NCBI GenBank assembly: GCA_021734945.1
Contig: JAIPIA010000001.1
Coordinates: 4,465 to 68,464, forward strand
DNA from: Minisyncoccota bacterium
GTDB taxonomy: Bacteria > Patescibacteriota > Minisyncoccia > Phycocordibacterales > CAIZLB01
Length of the DNA stretch: 64,000 bases
Reading direction: 5' to 3'
The stretch's first letter is position 1. Every line of letters begins with the position of its first letter. Shown one piece after another: positions 60,551 through 64,000 of this stretch. The notes under the pieces were generated by a model, which made no database searches, was not told the origin of the DNA, and saw only the letters and a list, made by a program, of their open reading frames with translations. The position numbers and the translations under genes were made by a program.

Positions 60551-61873
60551 ATGAACAAAGAAAATCTAAAGATTGTGTACGTCTCAATCTACAGCCTTGT
60601 CGCAAATGACAAGAATCCACGCAAATGGAGTGAGGAACAAAAGGAACAGCTCAAGGAAAGCATCAAACGATTCGGCAACGTCGATCCGATAATCGTGAAC
60701 ACACACGAGGAAAGGAAAAATATAATCGTCGGAGGACATTTTCGTGTGGAAGCGTGTAAGGAACTGGGATACAAGAATATGCCAGTCGTATTCGTGAATC
60801 TCACACCAGAAAAAGAAGCAGAACTAAACCTTAGACTCAACCGCAATCAAGGAGAGTTTGATCTTGAGATGCTCGCTGAGTTCGACAGCTCAATGCTTCT
60901 TGATATTGGATTTACTTCAGAAGATATCGACGATATTTTTCCAACTGACAAAAATGAAGAGCAATTTGATCTACAAAAGGAATTGGATAAGCTCGATATC
61001 ACAGTCGAAGCCAAGAAAGGTGAAATATACGATCTCGATGGGTCACGACTTATGATTGGTGATTCTACAATCGAAGCAGATATGTTGAAACTCATAGGTG
61101 ACAACAAAGTGGACATGGTTCTTACAGATCCTCCATATATTCTTGATTATCTAAAAGGTAAAGGTCGTGGTAAAGATGGTCCGACTGTCGGGTTCGGTTC
61201 AAAGAAGAATCGCAGATATTTGGAGACTGATGTTTTACCTGAAAACTTCTCTGATCTATGGATGGCAAATGTCGCAAAGGTACAAAAACCAGACTTCTCG
61301 ATTATTATCTTTGAGAATCCTAAAAATCTACGAACCATATGGAATGCACTCGAGGTTCATTGGAAATACAGAAACACTATCACATGGCATGTACCAAATC
61401 GTATGCAGGGATTTTCTGCTTCAAACAAGTTCTTCAACAAGACAGATATCGCACTCGTTGGATCTTCAGGAGAAGTAAATCTCAATCTTGAACCAGAAGA
61501 AGGCTTGTTCCAAAACGAATATGAGAATGCAATATTTGCCACTTCAGGAAAACCTCACTTTGAGCCGTATGAGAAAGGAAAGAAAATCTGTCCGACAGAC
61601 TTCATATCTCATACCGCCGCAGATAAAAAGTCTTCAGGGCAAGAAATTATCTTCGGAACAAAACCAATTGAGCTCCTCATTCCATATCTGAAAGTACTCA
61701 CCAAGAGAAATGATCTCATTCTTGAACCATTCGGAGGAAGTGGAAGTACGCTCATCGCTTCAGTGAAGATGGGTCGCCGTTGCTTCATTATGGAAAAATC
61801 ACACGTATATGCAGAAGTCATTATGAACCGCTGGGAGAAAGAGACTGGTAAGAAGCGTAAGAAAATTAACTAG
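60551..61873 (+). CDS. ParB/Srx domain fused to phage-type DNA methyltransferase
   Basis: NPR, IVGGHFR; TDPPY, TKPIEL and EPFGGSGSTLIA motifs. Confidence 0.88.
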   Translation: MNKENLKIVYVSIYSLVANDKNPRKWSEEQKEQLKESIKRFGNVDPIIVNTHEERKNIIVGGHFRVEACKELGYKNMPVVFVNLTPEKEAELNLRLNRNQGEFDLEMLAEFDSSMLLDIGFTSEDIDDIFPTDKNEEQFDLQKELDKLDITVEAKKGEIYDLDGSRLMIGDSTIEADMLKLIGDNKVDMVLTDPPYILDYLKGKGRGKDGPTVGFGSKKNRRYLETDVLPENFSDLWMANVAKVQKPDFSIIIFENPKNLRTIWNALEVHWKYRNTITWHVPNRMQGFSASNKFFNKTDIALVGSSGEVNLNLEPEEGLFQNEYENAIFATSGKPHFEPYEKGKKICPTDFISHTAADKKSSGQEIIFGTKPIELLIPYLKVLTKRNDLILEPFGGSGSTLIASVKMGRRCFIMEKSHVYAEVIMNRWEKETGKKRKKIN

Positions 61874-61875
61874 AT

Positions 61876-62262
61876 ATGGCAGTAGATCTAAAGATCAAGA
61901 AGCAAAAGGAAGTTCTGCTTGAGCATCTGCGTACTGTGCCGATTGTTGAAGTAGCTTGCAAGAAAGGAGGAATCTCCAGAGCTACTTTCTATCGCTGGTG
62001 TAGTGACGATGAAGAGTTCAAGACAGAAGTTGAGAACGCCAAGGTAGATGGTGTTGAGAACATAAACGATATGTCGGAAGCTCAACTCATTTCTCTCATC
62101 AGAGAGAAAAAGTATCAAGCTATAGCACTGTGGCTCAAGAACAATCACTATAGATTTATGTCGGAGGACAAGCAAAACCTCATCAGGAAAGTTCAAAAGA
62201 AAACCGAGCTTAATCTCCAACAGAAGGAGTTACTCAAAGAAGCCCTCAAACATTACAAATGA
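61876..62262 (+). CDS. HTH protein, terminase small subunit-like
   Basis: ACKKGGISRATFYRW HTH; directly upstream of and overlapping the TerL-like gene. Confidence 0.7.
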   Translation: MAVDLKIKKQKEVLLEHLRTVPIVEVACKKGGISRATFYRWCSDDEEFKTEVENAKVDGVENINDMSEAQLISLIREKKYQAIALWLKNNHYRFMSEDKQNLIRKVQKKTELNLQQKELLKEALKHYK

Positions 62263-63449
62263 AAAAACTATCTCCAGAAGTAATACAGGCAGTCATTAAT
62301 GACACTGCCGTGCGAACTGCACTCGTGTACCAAAATCACGAGGCATTTTGCAGTATCTACCTCAGGAGACATTTGAAATATGAGTTTGCTTGGTTCCATA
62401 AGGAGATGTTTCGGATTACCGAGTCATACCAACACAAGCTCAACGTATTCATGGCATTTAGAGGTTCAGGAAAGTCGACAATCCTGAACCTTTCTAATGT
62501 CCTGTGGAGTATTACAGGAAAGCATCAAAAGAAATTTGTAATAGTAGTAAGCAAGACTCGTGTTCAGTCACAATCTCATTTCGATAACATAAAGCAAGAA
62601 CTCGAAGAAAACGAATTACTCAAACATGACCTCGGTCCATTCCAAGCGACCAAGGAAGATTGGGGTGCATACACTATTGAAATACCAAAGTACGGAGCAA
62701 AGATTATGTGCATTGGAGCCAATCAAAACATACGAGGACTCAAGTATCGTGATCACCGTCCTGACCTAATTATCTGTGACGATATCGAGGATATAAACTC
62801 ATTTACTGACAGAGACCAAATCAAGACTCTCTATGACTGGTTTATGGGAGAACTCTGGTCTATCGGTGACGAAACTATAAATATTGTTGTTCTTGGAAAC
62901 TTGCTCAGCCCATCTTCAATCATGATTAAGTTGTACAAAGCTATTAAGAAAAAAGAAATGCCGGGCATATTCAAAGCGTATCCGCTTCTCGATGATTACA
63001 ATCGCATTCTATGGTCAGCAAAGTATCCTGATGCAAAGACTATTAAAGAAATTGAGCGAGGTTTGCCACGACCACGACGAGATGACTTATATACAATATT
63101 CTCTCGTGAATATTTGTTAGATATGTCCTTGGTTGATACTGATGAGATGCTAGAGAAGCACAAAACACCAATACGTGCTGGCGGAAAGACAGTAAAGAGT
63201 TTTGATATCTCTGCTCCAATGTGGGCTATTGGAACAGTGTGGTATTTTCCTGATGATTTAAGTAATTTCAATTTAGCCGTTGATGATCTGGATGGTTATC
63301 CACTTGAGAAATATATTGAAATTGAAAAGGAATATATTAAATTACAGCAAGAGAAGTATCCAAACTATCAGGTAAAGGTGAGAGGCAGTCAAGGTGAGTC
63401 ACGTGGGTTTGAGGATCACCCTGATAGACCGATGAGGTATAGGGGGTAG
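62259..63449 (+). CDS. Terminase large subunit-like ATPase
   Basis: AFRGSGKST Walker A; IRG...RPDLIICDDIED Walker B; VLGN. Confidence 0.75.
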   Translation: MKKLSPEVIQAVINDTAVRTALVYQNHEAFCSIYLRRHLKYEFAWFHKEMFRITESYQHKLNVFMAFRGSGKSTILNLSNVLWSITGKHQKKFVIVVSKTRVQSQSHFDNIKQELEENELLKHDLGPFQATKEDWGAYTIEIPKYGAKIMCIGANQNIRGLKYRDHRPDLIICDDIEDINSFTDRDQIKTLYDWFMGELWSIGDETINIVVLGNLLSPSSIMIKLYKAIKKKEMPGIFKAYPLLDDYNRILWSAKYPDAKTIKEIERGLPRPRRDDLYTIFSREYLLDMSLVDTDEMLEKHKTPIRAGGKTVKSFDISAPMWAIGTVWYFPDDLSNFNLAVDDLDGYPLEKYIEIEKEYIKLQQEKYPNYQVKVRGSQGESRGFEDHPDRPMRYRG

Positions 63450-63476
63450 TCTGGTTTTTGACTTATTATTGTGTTC

Positions 63477-63506
63477 TTGCAATATACCCCCTAGGGGGTA
63501 TATAAT
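63477..63506 (+). promoter_or_regulatory. csoR promoter with CsoR operator
   Basis: TTGCAA-18 bp-TATAAT overlapping the perfect 22-bp palindrome ATATACCCCCTAGGGGGTATAT (63482-63503). Confidence 0.85.
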
Positions 63507-63515
63507 ATATTTATT

Positions 63516-63779
63516 ATGAATTCAAACAAACAAAAGTTAATTCGACGCTTAAAGATTGTAGAGGGTCAGGTACGAGGATTACAGGAGATGCTTGCAAAAG
63601 ATGCATACTGCATCGACATAATTACTCAAACATCGGCGGTCAAACAAGCACTCTCAGGTATTGAAGATGCTCTAATGGAAAATCATTTGAGTACATGTGT
63701 AATTTCTCAAATAAAGAAAGGTAAAGAAAAAACAGCTGTTCAAGAAATACTTAAGGTTTATCAACTTAAAAGAAAATAA
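63516..63779 (+). CDS. csoR: CsoR/RcnR metal-sensing repressor
   Basis: RLKIVEGQVRG, YCIDI and HLSTC motifs. Confidence 0.92.
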   Translation: MNSNKQKLIRRLKIVEGQVRGLQEMLAKDAYCIDIITQTSAVKQALSGIEDALMENHLSTCVISQIKKGKEKTAVQEILKVYQLKRK

Positions 63780-63782
63780 AAC

Positions 63783-64000
63783 ATGAACACACCAAAAACC
63801 TACAAAATAAAAGGGATGCACTGTGCTTCATGTGCAGGCATCATCGAAAAAACTTTCAAGAAAACTGAAGGTGTTGAATCGGTTGAAGTAAATTACGGAA
63901 CTGAAACTGCCAAAGTAGCGTTTGATGAATCAAAGACTAATCCGCACCATCTCTCAGAGAAAATAGAAAAGCTTGGTTATACGCTCATTCTTCCCGATGA
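63783..64000 (+). CDS. copA: HMA-domain protein, probably N-terminus of Cu-exporting P-type ATPase (partial)
   Basis: MNTPKTYKIKGMHCASC...LGY; open to window end; follows csoR. Confidence 0.75.
   Translation, partial: MNTPKTYKIKGMHCASCAGIIEKTFKKTEGVESVEVNYGTETAKVAFDESKTNPHHLSEKIEKLGYTLILPD

Larger units (their letters stand above)
44982..64000. mobile_element. Putative genomic island next to tRNA-Gln (metal/Dsb cargo, serine recombinase, defence genes, terminase-like module); extends past window end
   Basis: Abrupt switch from core to accessory genes after the tRNA; recombinase; phage-type genes; duplicate DsbA. Confidence 0.65.

Noticed and set aside
60551-63449. Complete prophage
   Set aside because: No portal, capsid, tail or lysis genes in the window

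Overview
AT-rich bacterial chromosome segment. It most likely comes from a Patescibacteria (CPR, Parcubacteria-like) genome; this is inferred from compact RpoB/DnaX/TruB, a pilus cluster, a giant surface protein and few Shine-Dalgarno sites. Positions 1-44.8 kb are mostly core genes: khpA, trmD, a 2179-aa FN3/esterase surface protein, an unusual rpoB-rpoC-dnaG-rpoD block, a UvrD-nuclease fusion, hisS, truB, type IV pilus/competence genes, gpmI, eno, dus and dnaX, with tRNA-Phe and scattered ORFans. From tRNA-Gln (44911) to the window end is an accessory island. It carries a Dsb/heavy-metal module, an M23 peptidase, a large serine recombinase, a KAP NTPase, a two-methylase restriction-modification locus, a ParB-methylase/TerS/TerL module without capsid genes, and csoR-copA. 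The strongest unexplained signals are non-coding. One is a cloverleaf RNA at 59.5-59.7 kb whose 16-nt loop is the exact complement of the downstream start-codon region and partly of an upstream repeat (C4/CI-like antisense switch). Another is a stand-alone ~450-nt structured transcript encoding a 28-aa peptide upstream of dnaX. Several other structured intergenic segments are also present. All calls were made by eye from motifs; no searches were run.
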